64,000 nt of DNA, taken from contig JARDVH010000025.1 of assembly GCA_030324005.1 (NCBI GenBank), positions 83,545,693-83,609,692 of the forward strand. The letters are read 5' to 3'. The translations under genes and the position numbers were made by a program. This document shows, one piece after another, positions 51,392 to 63,044 of the stretch (position 1 is its first letter; each line of letters starts with the position of its first letter). The notes beneath the pieces are model-generated. The model had not been told where the DNA came from. It searched no databases and saw nothing but the letters and a program-made list of their open reading frames with translations. The DNA is from Negaprion brevirostris. Its lineage: Eukaryota.

Positions 51392-53409
51392 CCATGTCTG
51401 TTCCAGCTGACATGGCTGTTCTTGGCTGATGTTTCATCCTAAGCTATTTCTCTTGGTGCTTTTTGTCAGTGTGGATTGCCATTGCCTTCCACTGTCTTGG
51501 GCTGGGCGAGGAGACAGCTCCTAAGTCTACCTTGGTCAGAACAGGAATTAACCCACACTGTTGATATTATTTTTAACCTCCTGCTCAGTGTTCAGCCAAA
51601 TTAGTTCATCAGTTGCCTCAGTTTCCATACTCCAGTGATTTGTAATTACTTCAGCTTTCAAATATTCAAGTTACAAACAAGAATCACCTTTTTAAACTCA
51701 ATTGATGGAGCCACTATAAAAGATCAGTTGTGGAAGCATCAAGTTTATTTCTTCTACAGTCAAAATAGACACATCTAATTTCTCTATGGACATAGAGCCC
51801 TGCTTTCTAGATGCAGATGTTGGAAAATCGTGGGGATGCTCCTACGTTTTATTAGCATAATTTTAATCAAAAGATGATAAGATCATTTCCCAATTATATT
51901 TTCTGGAGTGGAGAAATCAAACATTGCAAAAAGGGTGATAATTGAGTTGACTGTCCTATGTTTTGCTGAGAGTTGGATCATGACAATGTCATAGAAACAG
52001 ATGTTGGATGTATTTGCAATGCACTGTGCAAGAAAAGTTCTGACTTTCAACCAACAAAACATTGACTTAACACGGAACTAATTGTGTGCAGTCAACTGTT
52101 CCTCATAAGACAATATGTTACAGCTAACATGCTTTGATAGGTAGGATGTCTTCGTGAAGACTGATAGCCTCAAAATGATATAGTAAATCGAAATTGAATG
52201 TCAAAACTATGATGCTGTGACAGGAAGACCTAATTGAAGGAGTAACTAAGGGCAGACGGTTACTGGTGTTGGCAGCAGTGAAGGTATGATTTTGAGGTCT
52301 TCTGATGTCCCGGTTATAACAACTGACAGATGATCTCGCAACATTGGGCACCAGTGCCAATTGCACTTCATCACCAGTTTGGGCAGAAGAGTTGCTGAAT
52401 AGAATCCAAGCTGTTTCCTGCAGAAGGAAGAAAAATCAGGACACTATCAAGCTGCAGCAAACCTTTTGGCAACAGCATAATGAGCAGTATTGGGTAATGA
52501 TCTCAAATTGGATCATTCATTGGCCTTTCTTTGGCAGAGACTAGGCACAAAATGAGAGGAAATTCAAAGGTCACGCTCCTTCATTCAAAGTTTTATTTAA
52601 TTTGACTATGTTACTTTCATATGACCTGTCCAGAGTCTATAATTACAATATTCAATAGGAAACGGCCTTTTTCCCTTACTATGATTACTGTGAACCATTG
52701 TTGCCAAATCGCGTTAGGTCAAGAGTTTATACTGTAATTGCTTTTTTCTTTCTTTAGCTTATTAAGCTTTTTTTGTGAAAAAGCAACAGATTATGTAGTT
52801 ATTAACTCCCCTCCTGCACATCAAACAATCACATCTCCCAACGCATTTAACTTTCGTCTCTGTAATTGGAAAATGGACAGTTATTTGCTGATGGTCCCAT
52901 ATGATGTGAATGAGTTCACGCTTTTACTTTCTAGTTCTTGTCTGCTCAAGCATCCATGACACACCATTCTGTTTACTACAATAGATCTTTGCGTGCTTGC
53001 AACTCCCTGACTCTTTATTCAACAAACTACTTGATGTTAAATGGTGTTGTAGTCAAAATTCAGGCAAGCAGTTTATTCCTGTTACTATTAAGGTCAAAGC
53101 ATTCAGATGAAAAAAAATCCAATTAAAAACCCATCCATTATTTATCAGAGTGTCAATTTGAATGAGACATGCTTTTGAATCACCAGTATAATCTTCTACA
53201 GTACCACAATGTGATTAGAAAACATAGTTTTAGCTTTCTTTTAATATCATAATGATGAATGTCAAACACAACATTATTTTTTACAAATCCAATGAAAGTA
53301 CTGAAACCAAGGTAAACAAAAAACATGTTGGGATGTCAGCCTTTTTGGATAAGGAACTGTATGCTTTTCGGGGAATGTCATGATAAGGGAAGGATGTAGC
53401 TGAACACCA

Positions 53410-53505
53410 ACTCAACATTATAACAGTCACTACACTACACTACACAAAATGCTTAATTAACTGTAAAGTGCTTTGGGGCATCTGGTGTTCATGAAAAGCA
53501 AGTTT
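53410..53505 (+). mobile_element. DeuSINE 3' tail fragment
   Basis: acattataacagtcactacact...aactgtaaagtgctttgggg...catgaaa. Confidence 0.55.
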
Positions 53506-55319
53506 TTTTTAAAAAAAATCCCTCAACATGATTTATGACCTTAATTCCTATATCACCTCCTTTTCAGAATAAAGATTGCTAAGATTCTAATGCAGGCAAT
53601 AAAATACCTAACTAACAGTTTTCAATAAACTTCTGAACTAAAAGGAAGTTGTATGGCTCTTCCTTGCTCATTTTTAACTTGGTGCTGTAGTGATCTGCAG
53701 TGGGCAGTCCTAAGATAATGTAGTTGCTTTTGGCAAAATTTAGGTCTGAGTGGAAATTTAATTTGTCAATGTATTTATTTTATTGGTGCCAAAGTATTAG
53801 AAAAGACTTGTACTAGTGTACAGACATTTGTTTTATCGAGCCAAGACTTAGAAACAAACACCTGTCATTAAGCAGGATGTTGAATGGTAGAATACGTTTT
53901 GCTGTTACTTCCTTTTGGTAAGGAGCTTCAAGATCAAGGTAGTGTTGAAGCCTTGTTATGGATAAGTCCTTCAACTATTGGTACACCTTTGAGAAAATTG
54001 TGAAAGGCTGTGTTGATTATACACAATAAAAAATGACATTTTAGTGTATAATAATGCAGATAACATCTGGTAAGTTATAGATACTAAATTTTAAAGGAAG
54101 ATAATTCTTGCAACAAGGTGCATGTCTAAGCCCAGAAAAAACAGTTGATGAGCTTTTAGCAACCCCATAGACCAGAGTTTCATGGTTGAAGTGGGAATTG
54201 CATGATAGGATTAATCAGGCACCCCATTCCCACCTCCACCTTTAAGTCCAACAGAGTAGATTTTCTAGCAGTCCATGCCCTAACTGACCTCTAGACCAGG
54301 AAGGAGCAAGCCCAAGTCTGAGTCCAGATCAGGCTAGACCAACTCTATTCCCAAAACACTCCAGCCCTGTGCTTTCAGTGTAATTAGTGGTTCGCCTGTA
54401 TACAGTTCAACATTTTAACTGCTTTAAAACCCTCTCACTGCCTCACCTTCCTCACCCCACCCCCTCAGTCATTATTCACTCTAATCCTATTATAACCATT
54501 ACATGTCATTTAATAGCACAGAATCCTCCCCAAGTATTATATAACTCCAAACCATCAGCATAAACAGAGACAAACACGCTTATAAAATTATGAGGCAGTT
54601 GGATTTTCATAAAACTCTCCAAATAAAGAAACACATTTCAGACTGCTATCTGAACAGATATCTAGACTGAGTCCATAAAAACAGTGGAAAAAGATTAAAC
54701 AATCATGCATTAGGGCCTAATGATTAGGCTATTCTTTCAATAGTGTGAAATGTACTCTTTTTGCCTATTAGACAAACTTTTTAAAACTCATTGAAGACTG
54801 TTACATACTTACAATGTTGATCTTTTCTGCCAAATGACAAGCTGTCAAGTAAATAACAATCTGGCAAACACCACTGTTCAAGGGGTAGTTGTGTCTGCCA
54901 TTCACAGCACTTATAACTCACCTTAATGATACTGTATTAATGAATTATAAATGAGGACAAAACCATTTTACTTGCCTTAAATTGTTCCCAACTCCAATCC
55001 GTGGTTCACACTTCCAATCAGCGGGCATTAAACTTGAAAGCTGTTAGAATCTGGCAGCCTCCATGAAAACTTAGCAGAAACAGGCTCTCAATAAGTATAC
55101 CGTGATGTCAATTGTCTCTTTAATAGAAATGGGCAGGTTCTGGGTGCTGCTCCAGCCCCCACCCTTGTGAAAATGACTGGGGCCTGAAGCAGATACAGAT
55201 TTTTCCAGTTCACTTTGTTCCAATCAGGACTGGGAAAATCCAGCCCCTGCCTTGGAAAATTTAAGGGATAAAAGGCAATTCTATTCATTCTATTGTGACT
55301 TCATTTTCCAATGGATTAA

Positions 55320-55383
55320 AACTGAAAATGCTGGAAAATTTCTTGTCTAAAAGCATCTGTGGAGAAAGAAAGAAAGAGTTAAT
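55320..55383. mobile_element. Penelope-like family B stub
   Basis: aactgaaaatgctggaaaat...agcatctgtggagaaagaaagaaagagttaa. Confidence 0.55.
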
Positions 55384-56184
55384 CGCAGCGATCTAATGAC
55401 CATATAACCGTGGGTACAAATTTCGTAATGGCCGCTAAATCTTGCAAGAGAACAAAATCAGGATTTTGAAGTTCTCCATGAGATCTTCCCTGAGATGCTG
55501 TTCCTCCAGTTTGTGCTGAGCTTCATTGGAATATGGTGCCTTGACACTATCTGTGTGATAGCTCCTTGGAATAAATTATTAAACACTGTTACAGACTTCA
55601 CCACTTAATGGGCATGTTTGCATGAACTTGATTTCCTACTACTTGACGGTTGGTAGAGCCTGACATTAAGTTAATTAAGTTAAAACTCACTGCACTAGCA
55701 GCATTCATTGCTAGATATAGTGTAGACTAACATTTGGATACCTAAACGTTTGTCGAAATGTCTTTTAAACTTCCTTACTACCTCCAAAAAGGTTTACAGA
55801 AAATAATAGGAATAGCATACACTGAGACCTGTTCTGTATGATAAATTATCAATGAAGTTTTTAAAAGATTTCTCGTAACATCTTATGCAAGAATAGCCAA
55901 TTGATCAACCCTTAATATGTGCAAGCTTTCATGGTATGAGATTATCCAGCAGTAAGTAGCAGTTGCTATTGCTTTGAGCAATATATATATAGCCATCATT
56001 AATTTCCAATTATATTGACTAATTTCATTAGGATGAAAAAAAATCTTATTTAAAATCTGCCAGAGGCTCTTTTATTACAGTCAGTTCAAACATGAGTAAA
56101 CACAGCTGTTTTTGCCCACAATAACTGAGCACTGAAGATGCTCTACCCAGAATCTTTGAAATCGACATTGATGCAAATAGAATG

Positions 56185-57040
56185 TAGGAACATAAAACAG
56201 AAGTCGGCTATTCAATGATGATTAGAAGCCTTTCTTAACCATACTGCAAATTAAAAAGTGCAACATCTTAAAGCCATTTGCACTTGGGTGCAATAAATCT
56301 GTATGGTTCTTATATTCAGTTAAGCTCATAGCTGATTTGCACCCTAAATTCTACCTGCCTCAGTTCCAGAGCCCATAAAACCATTGCCTAACAAATATTT
56401 ATCAAAGTCAGTTTTGAAATTAACAATTCAACCAGTTTTAACATTTTATTATTTAGAGAAGAGGGGAAGAAAATTCCAGGTTTTCGCAATCCTGTGAAAT
56501 CAGAGATAAAGCAAGTGCTTCNNNNNNNNNNNNNNNNNNNNNNNNNNNNNNNNNNNNNNNNNNNNNNNNNNNNNNNNNNNNNNNNNNNNNNNNNNNNNNN
56601 NNNNNNNNNNNNNNNNNNNNNCTCTGAACAGCCTAGCTCCCAATTTTAAGTTTAAGCCCCCTTGTCCACCCACCAGAGGATACAGTCTTTATCTAACTTT
56701 TCTTGTGTTCTTTCGTGTTGTAACACATCAAATCCTTTAATCATTGTAGGCATCCCAATTACATCGCCTCTTAATGTTCTATAGTTAAGGGAATACAAGC
56801 CTAGTCTGCAGAACTGTCCTTGTGATTTAACTCTTCTAGCTCCAATATAATTCTACTGAAGTTGTGCTATCCCTCTATTGTCAATATATGCTCACTGAGG
56901 CACAGTACCCAGAATTGAATGCAGGCATTCAGATGGGACCTAACCAGAAGTTTATGCAAGTTTGTAACATGCACCAGTTGTGTTCTAACCCTCTTTGCAA
57001 TCAAGATTAAGATTAGTTTAATCATTTAACATATTTTATG
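56185..57040 (-). mobile_element. Old CR1 3' portion, gap-interrupted
   Basis: taggaacataaaacagaagtcggctattc tail; acccagaattgaatgcaggcattcagatgggacctaacc (reverse complement of VRSHLNACIQFW). Confidence 0.65.
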
Positions 57041-58020
57041 TATCTGTTCGCTTTTTTGCTTTTTATTTAGCTTGTATAAGTGGTGGGAACTGTACCTTGA
57101 TTTGACTATTTTGGCCAGTGACTGCTTCAACTTGGTTGTATTCCAAGTCACCTAACAATAAGTTCCCACTTGCAACATTTGCATTATTTTGGCATTCATT
57201 TGTATTTGATGGGTGAATGAAGAATAATATCTGATTCCCTGTTGTGGTCTTTTTTGATAGTAATAAAGTCCAAACACACACAGCACTCACTCTGCCTGTG
57301 TCTTAGTTCAATTACTGATTTGTAGAATATGAAATTCTGTGGTCAGCTTTTTGCATATGCTTCCATTGCCATCACTCTTACTAGTTGTTGTCTGTCACCT
57401 TCACTCAAGAAAAACATGGGCCTGACTCAGAATTGGGTCTTGTATGCAAAAAGAGTAGAACCAAAATGAGATGGCTTTATATTGTGCATAACTCTTAAGA
57501 GACCCTACTGTTAGAATCAGTAAATAGTTGCATTTAATCATTGGTGACTACGCACTAAAACTGTTTTGCAATAATGTGAAAATATAACTGCATTCTTTTA
57601 CGATTTTGTTCCTGCATTCGGTACTGTGGGTTCATAAATGTGTGTCAGAAATCATAGTGCTACTCTTTATTTTTTGCTACTGGGGGAATATGGATGTATT
57701 GTGCTTGGGGGTGCTCTTCCCTTCGGGAAATACGTTGATGTTGGTATTTCCTGTTGATCCTCGTCACTAAGTGAAAGGAGGTGGGGATCAATGCTGCAAG
57801 AGGCACTCTAGAACTCGCCCTGAAACTCCCAAGAAGTCGTCCATGCATTGTTCGGTCTTCAAAGCAATTACATCATTAAAACATCAGACAGTTCCATGAT
57901 GATAAAAGTAAAATACTGTGGATGCCAGAAATCTGAAATAGATCTCCAGCATGGGGAAATCCCAGGAGACACTTTCTTTAAGGTAATGAAGTAGGACTTC
58001 CATTGTGTCAGTTTTTTGAG

Positions 58021-58247
58021 GAACATAGAACATTACAGCGCAGAACAGGCCCTTCGGCCCACGATGTTGCGCCGANNNNNNNNNNNNNNNNNNNNNNNNN
58101 NNNNNNNNNNNNNNNNNNNNNNNNNNNNNNNNNNNNNNNNNNNNNNNNNNNNNNNNNNNNNNNNNNNNNNNNNNNAGCTTTCTCCATCCGAGGAAAAAGG
58201 CTATCACTATCCACCCTATCTAAACCTCTAATCATCTTATATGTTTC
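58021..58247 (-). mobile_element. CR1/HER1 3' end, gap-interrupted
   Basis: gaacatagaacattacagcgcagaacaggcccttcggcccacgatg; IETYKMIRGLDRVDSDSLFPRMEK. Confidence 0.88.
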
Positions 58248-58892
58248 AATAATGTAGTAAGTAATTCTAATTTGTGTGCCTTTGTAACCTGTTTTACCTG
58301 AATAAAGGATAACATATGCCAAGCAGTAAGTGGAAAAACAGGGAAACCAAGTGTGGGTATGAAGAATGGTGGTATGAGAATAGGAGGAGAGTATTGGGTT
58401 GATTGTGAGGCTCCTAACTTCATTTGACATGGCACAGAACAGTTATGAGGTTAATAAATAGGTCATTGCTTTTTTCTCAGAGAAACAATGGCTTAGGAGA
58501 GATTGAGACAAGTAATTTTAGCAATTGTAATGGGACTTGTGTTGTTTCTTTCTCATCTAGTTTCAAATAAGCCATATCTTGAGAAACAAAGGAAAGGTAT
58601 GCCACAATACTGAATGTAGTCTTCTCCACTAAATGATAAAGGGCCAATAGAATTCTGAAGCAAATATAGAAAGAACTACAATGTTTTATATTCAAGAAGC
58701 CAAAATAACAACCTTTTCTTGCCGAAACCAACCCGCTAATAAATTACAAAGCACAGAAACAGCAGCTCTAGAATCATTTATGCCAGGATTTTAAGTGAAG
58801 GATTGATCCTGAACTCTACCCTGGTTCTGTTGGAGAAAATCTGAGTGCAGCAATCATTGACAATTGTTTGTACTAAATTTACATTGTTGCAG

Positions 58893-59172
58893 ATTTTTCA
58901 AGTATCAACATAAAAAACATCCAGGCTGCATGGTGGAGTGTTCTCAGGAACAGAGCACAGGACTTTTATCCTCTGGGTGCATTTTGAGAGCAGCTTCTTA
59001 TCTTCCTGAAGCAGCTGGCTTTGTAAATATGGAGGAAGTAACAGTTCTGGATGCAGTGACCCTCATTGGTCGCACCTGTCATGACCACTGCAGCTTATCC
59101 AGACAAGTCAGAGGAGAACTGTCCTCATTGCCTTTGCTTCACCAGACAGTCTGCACAGAATTGTGTTGTTAG
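58893..59172 (+). CDS. Terminal coding exon of the host gene (FFKYQHKKHPGC...LLHQTVCTELCC*)
   Basis: Branch-point-like tactaaat at 58871 and acceptor ttgttgcag|. Phase 2 completes AG+A (Arg) from the 42424 exon. 92 stop-free codons in non-repetitive, GC-richer sequence, then TAG. Confidence 0.75.
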
Positions 59173-60378
59173 CTGCACAATGCAATGCACGTGGCACAAA
59201 TATTAGGGTTGGATTTTCCTGAAGATGGGTTCATGTCACCAACTTTTCACTATTGTGGGAACCATGTTGCATTCAATCATGCAGGTAAAATCAATTAAGT
59301 GATCGCTGCTATTTTTATCAGTTTTATTCTGGGAGGGAGACTTTTTTACTAGGTAGCAAAATTCCTTCCAAGTGGAAAGTGTCAGATGTGGCATCACTGG
59401 TTTTTCTGAAGAGCAATGGTTTGTCCTCTTGTAAAATCACCTTTTTCTATCTGGGTAATTATAATCCTTTCATTGTGGTATTTCATAGTGTCCCCATCAT
59501 TAAAAGGAAGAAACACTTAGTGGAGAATGGCTCTTGAGGAAGAAATGGCTATTACCTGTATCCATGTCAGCTAATCTCACTGAGAAATCCCCTGACACAG
59601 AGGAGGTGAAAATCGAGAGGTTCTTCATCCTCAAATGTTTTCAGAAGGCAAAGGAGAAAAGTGTCTCAACTGCAAAAAAAAGCATTTTAAAAAATCAGCT
59701 ACTGCTGCAGTGAATGGGGCTTGATATCTGGGAGGGCCTCCAAGAGGTGAAAAACAAAGCAGATCTGGCACTTTGCTTCAGAAAACTCAAAACATTTTCC
59801 AATATAGAGTTTGCTTCCTAGAGCAGCACGAGACATGCTGCTTCTTCCAAAATGTATGCACAGGGTGCTTTGTGATCAGCTTCCTAAAGGAAAAGGAATG
59901 CTCACTAATTAAGAATCAACAAATCATTTTTTGCCTAGCTGCATGAGAGTTTACCGGCCAAGTTGTATGCTATTCACAAATGGGATCAGCACAGACCTAC
60001 CTAATTGTACAATAGTATGCTTCTGGCTTGCAGTCTGTCGGAATCCATGACGAAAGGCATCATCACCCTCATTTACAAGTGGAAAAAGAGTGAGAGAAAA
60101 TCCAAAATTGGCAGTCAGCTTCACTCTTAAAGTGGATAATAAAATTCTGTTCAGGGTCATTGCAGTTTGGGTCAAGTCTGCTCTGGAGTTGGTATCCACC
60201 ATGATCAAACATGCACTGTGTCTGATAGATCTCAAAGATTTAGTCACCTGTGTGCAGGACAGGGCNNNNNNNNNNNNNNNNNNNNNNNNNNNNNNNNNNN
60301 NNNNNNNNNNNNNNNNNNNNNNNNNNNNNNNNNNNNNNNNNNNNNNNNNNNNNNNNNNNNNNNNNNNNNNNNNNNNNN

Positions 60379-60498
60379 TGCTCTGTCTGAGGCCAGAACT
60401 CTCCATTCACCTGACGAAGGGGCTAACCCGAAAGCTAGTGAGTTTACTATCAAATGAATCGGTTGGACTTAAACCTGGTTTTGTCAGACTTTTTACTG
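60379..60498 (+). mobile_element. Penelope-like family A pseudo-LTR segment (5' part in gap)
   Basis: ggttggacttaaacctggttttgtcagactttttactg shared with 2961-2994 and 28955-28996. Confidence 0.75.
60406..60442 (+). ncRNA. Minimal type I hammerhead ribozyme motif (PLE-type)
   Basis: UUCAC-CUGACGA-A-GGG-GCUAA-CCC-GAA-AGCU-A/GUGAG. Stem I is UUCAC:GUGAG, stem II is GGG:CCC, and palindromic AGCU replaces stem III. Predicted cut after A60437. Confidence 0.7.
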
Positions 60499-61522
60499 GT
60501 TGCATTTGCCATGGAACACTCCAGTCAAGTGGATAATGCTGTACCATCCCTGATGGAAAGTGTTTTCAGAAAAATATTTTCAACCACAAGCTCTACATGC
60601 ATGTCCTCAAAGCTCTATAGGGAAATGAGATTGTCAATCCTGTCAAATAATTCTCTAAGCAGACTGTTGAAATCTTATAGAATGCTGCAACTTTCAACCA
60701 ATCACTAAGACGTTGATGAGAAAGGCCCAGCTGTGTATTCACGTTCCTACGTAGAACAAGGGCACATTAAGGGACTGATCATGTAATGTCTTGATATTAT
60801 CAACCATTTGTGTGGGCATACAGGTGGTCTATCCTAACAGCCTGTTAAAATCTTCCCTTTAGAGCTCTGTTTGTTTGTGGTCTGCAAGCTCATCCTTTAA
60901 AAAAAATACCACAGGCCCTCCCTTTCAGATTCTTCCTACAAACCTGGAGTATCATTCCACACTGCGTTTGAGATGTCTGTGGTGGTAGAGACTGTCAACC
61001 ACCACCTTCTGGAATGTGGCCTTTGCAAAAATGCAATGAATTTTGCCCAGGTTCTTCCTGAGCAGCACAGTAGGCTGTTCCAGGGATGCACACTGGGATG
61101 AATATCAACTGGTGCTGGAGGACCATTAGATCACTGGAAGACGCTGTTTGGTCTGTTAGAAAACTACTGCTCTGTTCATGCAAAAGCTGTCGATAACCAA
61201 GGGTTTCAGAATGATGTACTCAAGGTCCATGACTGTGTGCTGAGGAATGCACTAAGGCTTGTGACAGCTACTGCAGAGGCTCAGTGGAGAAAGACCACTG
61301 TCTAACATCCACCTGCCATAGTATACCAAGGGATTGGAAATCGTGAAAAGCCACTCAGGTTGTATGCAATGGAGAATGTTTAACATGAAATTTAAATGTA
61401 TATTCTGGATACAACCTTCAACGGCAAATGTAATGAGACACCTTATGTACTATGTTGAAAGAAACTGACTGTATTGCATTTTATGTTAAGTTTGAACTAT
61501 GATGTTATGTACTTTTGCAAAT

Positions 61523-61866
61523 AGAATAGTACAACACAGTACCGGCCCTTCAGCCCTTGATGTTATGCTGGGCTATGTCCGAACCCAAGATCAAGCTATC
61601 CCACTCCCTATCATTGTGAGTTCCATGTGCCTATCCAATAACTGCTTGAAAGTTCCTAAAGTGTCCAATTCCACTATCACAGCAGGCAGTGCATTCCACA
61701 CCTGAACCACTCTGAATAAAGAATCTACCTCGGACATCCCTCCTGTATCTCCCACCATGAATCTTAAAGTTATGCCCCCTAGTAACAGCTATATCCACCC
61801 AAGGAAATAGTCCCTCCACGTCCATTTTAGCTACTCCCTCATCATCTTATAAACTTCTATTAAGTC
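61523..61866 (-). mobile_element. CR1/HER1 3' end with 6-bp TSD, inserted in the Tx1 3' UTR
   Basis: gcaaat at 61517-61522 and 61867-61872; GLFPWVDIAVTRGHNFKIHGGRYRRDVRGRFF. Confidence 0.88.
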
Positions 61867-62096
61867 GCAAATGTTATAAATAAAGTATATCTTTTGGAGA
61901 AAAATAAGCAAAGTACCTTGAACTGGATGCATCAAAATCTGTTTGCTATTAAGTTTCCACTTCTGCCTTGTAGAGTGCCATGTATGTTAGGCACAATGAA
62001 AGAGCATGTGCAAAAAGGCATTGTTACACTCAATAACTGAAGTAGTATTTCTCTGGGGATGAGTTAGTTGCCAACTTAGGTTTATAGGCAATCACC

Positions 62097-63044
62097 AAGA
62101 AATGTCTTCAGCACACCTATTCCTCGCTTGGTGCTGCTTTCAAATATACATTTTGAAAAATCACCACAAATCCTTTAGATCTCTCAAATTAGTTGGTTAC
62201 TGTCTTCAAGCAATCATCTTTGAGCATTGTTTTCCCCTGGTTGGATTCTCCATTCTCCTCTCATTTTTCCCAGGTTTGATGTCCCTTTTCTTCACTGTGA
62301 ATGACTTGAGCCACCTTCCTATATGCAAGGAGTGATTGATCCCTTTTTGCTGTATTTCTGTCCTTAAATTTGGATTTCTCAAGTGTGCAAAATTGTAAAA
62401 GCTGATATGCAACAACCATTGCTTTTAAAATAATTCTTGAGGATTTTCGAAGTACAAAACTGCAGTTGAGGAGCCTCGTCCACTGGCTGCACAATTCAGG
62501 AAGTCATGGATGCACTGCCTGCAAATCTATAACCATTGATTTCTTTGGAAAAATAACTGTGGACTGTAAGTCAGCACCATGTGTTTGGAAATTCCACCTT
62601 TTGGGTTCAGAGGAGTCAACTGTAGTGAGAGATCAGAATACCTGTGGATCCTCTGCCATGATGTCCTGGAGTTTTTGTCAGTATATTTTGTGAGTAGATA
62701 CTGTCCTATAGATGGCACTATTTGACTGTTCTAGTTGTGTAACTTGCTATAATACAATGCCACAAGTAAAAGCAAATTACTGCAGATGCTGGAATCTGAA
62801 ACCAAAAAAGAAAACACTGGAAAATCTCAGCAGGTCTAGCAGCATCTGTAAGGAGAGAAAAGAGCTGACGTTGACTTTGTCAAAGCTAACAAAGGGTCAT
62901 CTGGACTCAAGTAATGCCACATAAGAAATGCCCTCGACACACCTATTCCTTGCTTGGTGCTGCTTTCAGGTATACATTTTGAAAAATCACGACAAATCCT
63001 TTAAATGTCTCAAATTAGTTGTTTACTGTCTTCAAGCAATCATC
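62097..63044 (+). repeat. 122-bp local direct duplication (62097-62218 and 62923-63044)
   Basis: Ungapped manual alignment gives 11 mismatches in 122 (about 91% identity). Confidence 0.9.
62770..62908. mobile_element. Penelope-like family B fragment
   Basis: aagcaaattactgcagatgctggaatctgaaacc...ctcagcaggtctagcagcatctgt...gagctgacgtt, then an inverted stub ctttgtcaaagctaacaaagggtcatctggactc. Confidence 0.75.

Larger units (their letters stand above)
59590..61903 (+). mobile_element. Decayed Tx1-like LINE ORF2 and 3' UTR, with nested PLE, CR1 and an unknown insert
   Basis: IERFFILK, SESMTKGIITLIYK, VDNKILFRVIAVWVKSALELV, IHHDQTC, ETVNHHLLEC (CCHC region), NINWCWRTIRSLEDAVWSVRKLL, AEAQWRKTTV*; 3' end aaataaagtatatcttttggagaaaa. 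Confidence 0.85.

Noticed and set aside
60138-60143. AATAAA as the host poly(A) signal
   Set aside because: It lies within Tx1 RT codons (VDNKIL). ATTAAA near 59499 is equally possible; this cannot be decided from sequence.
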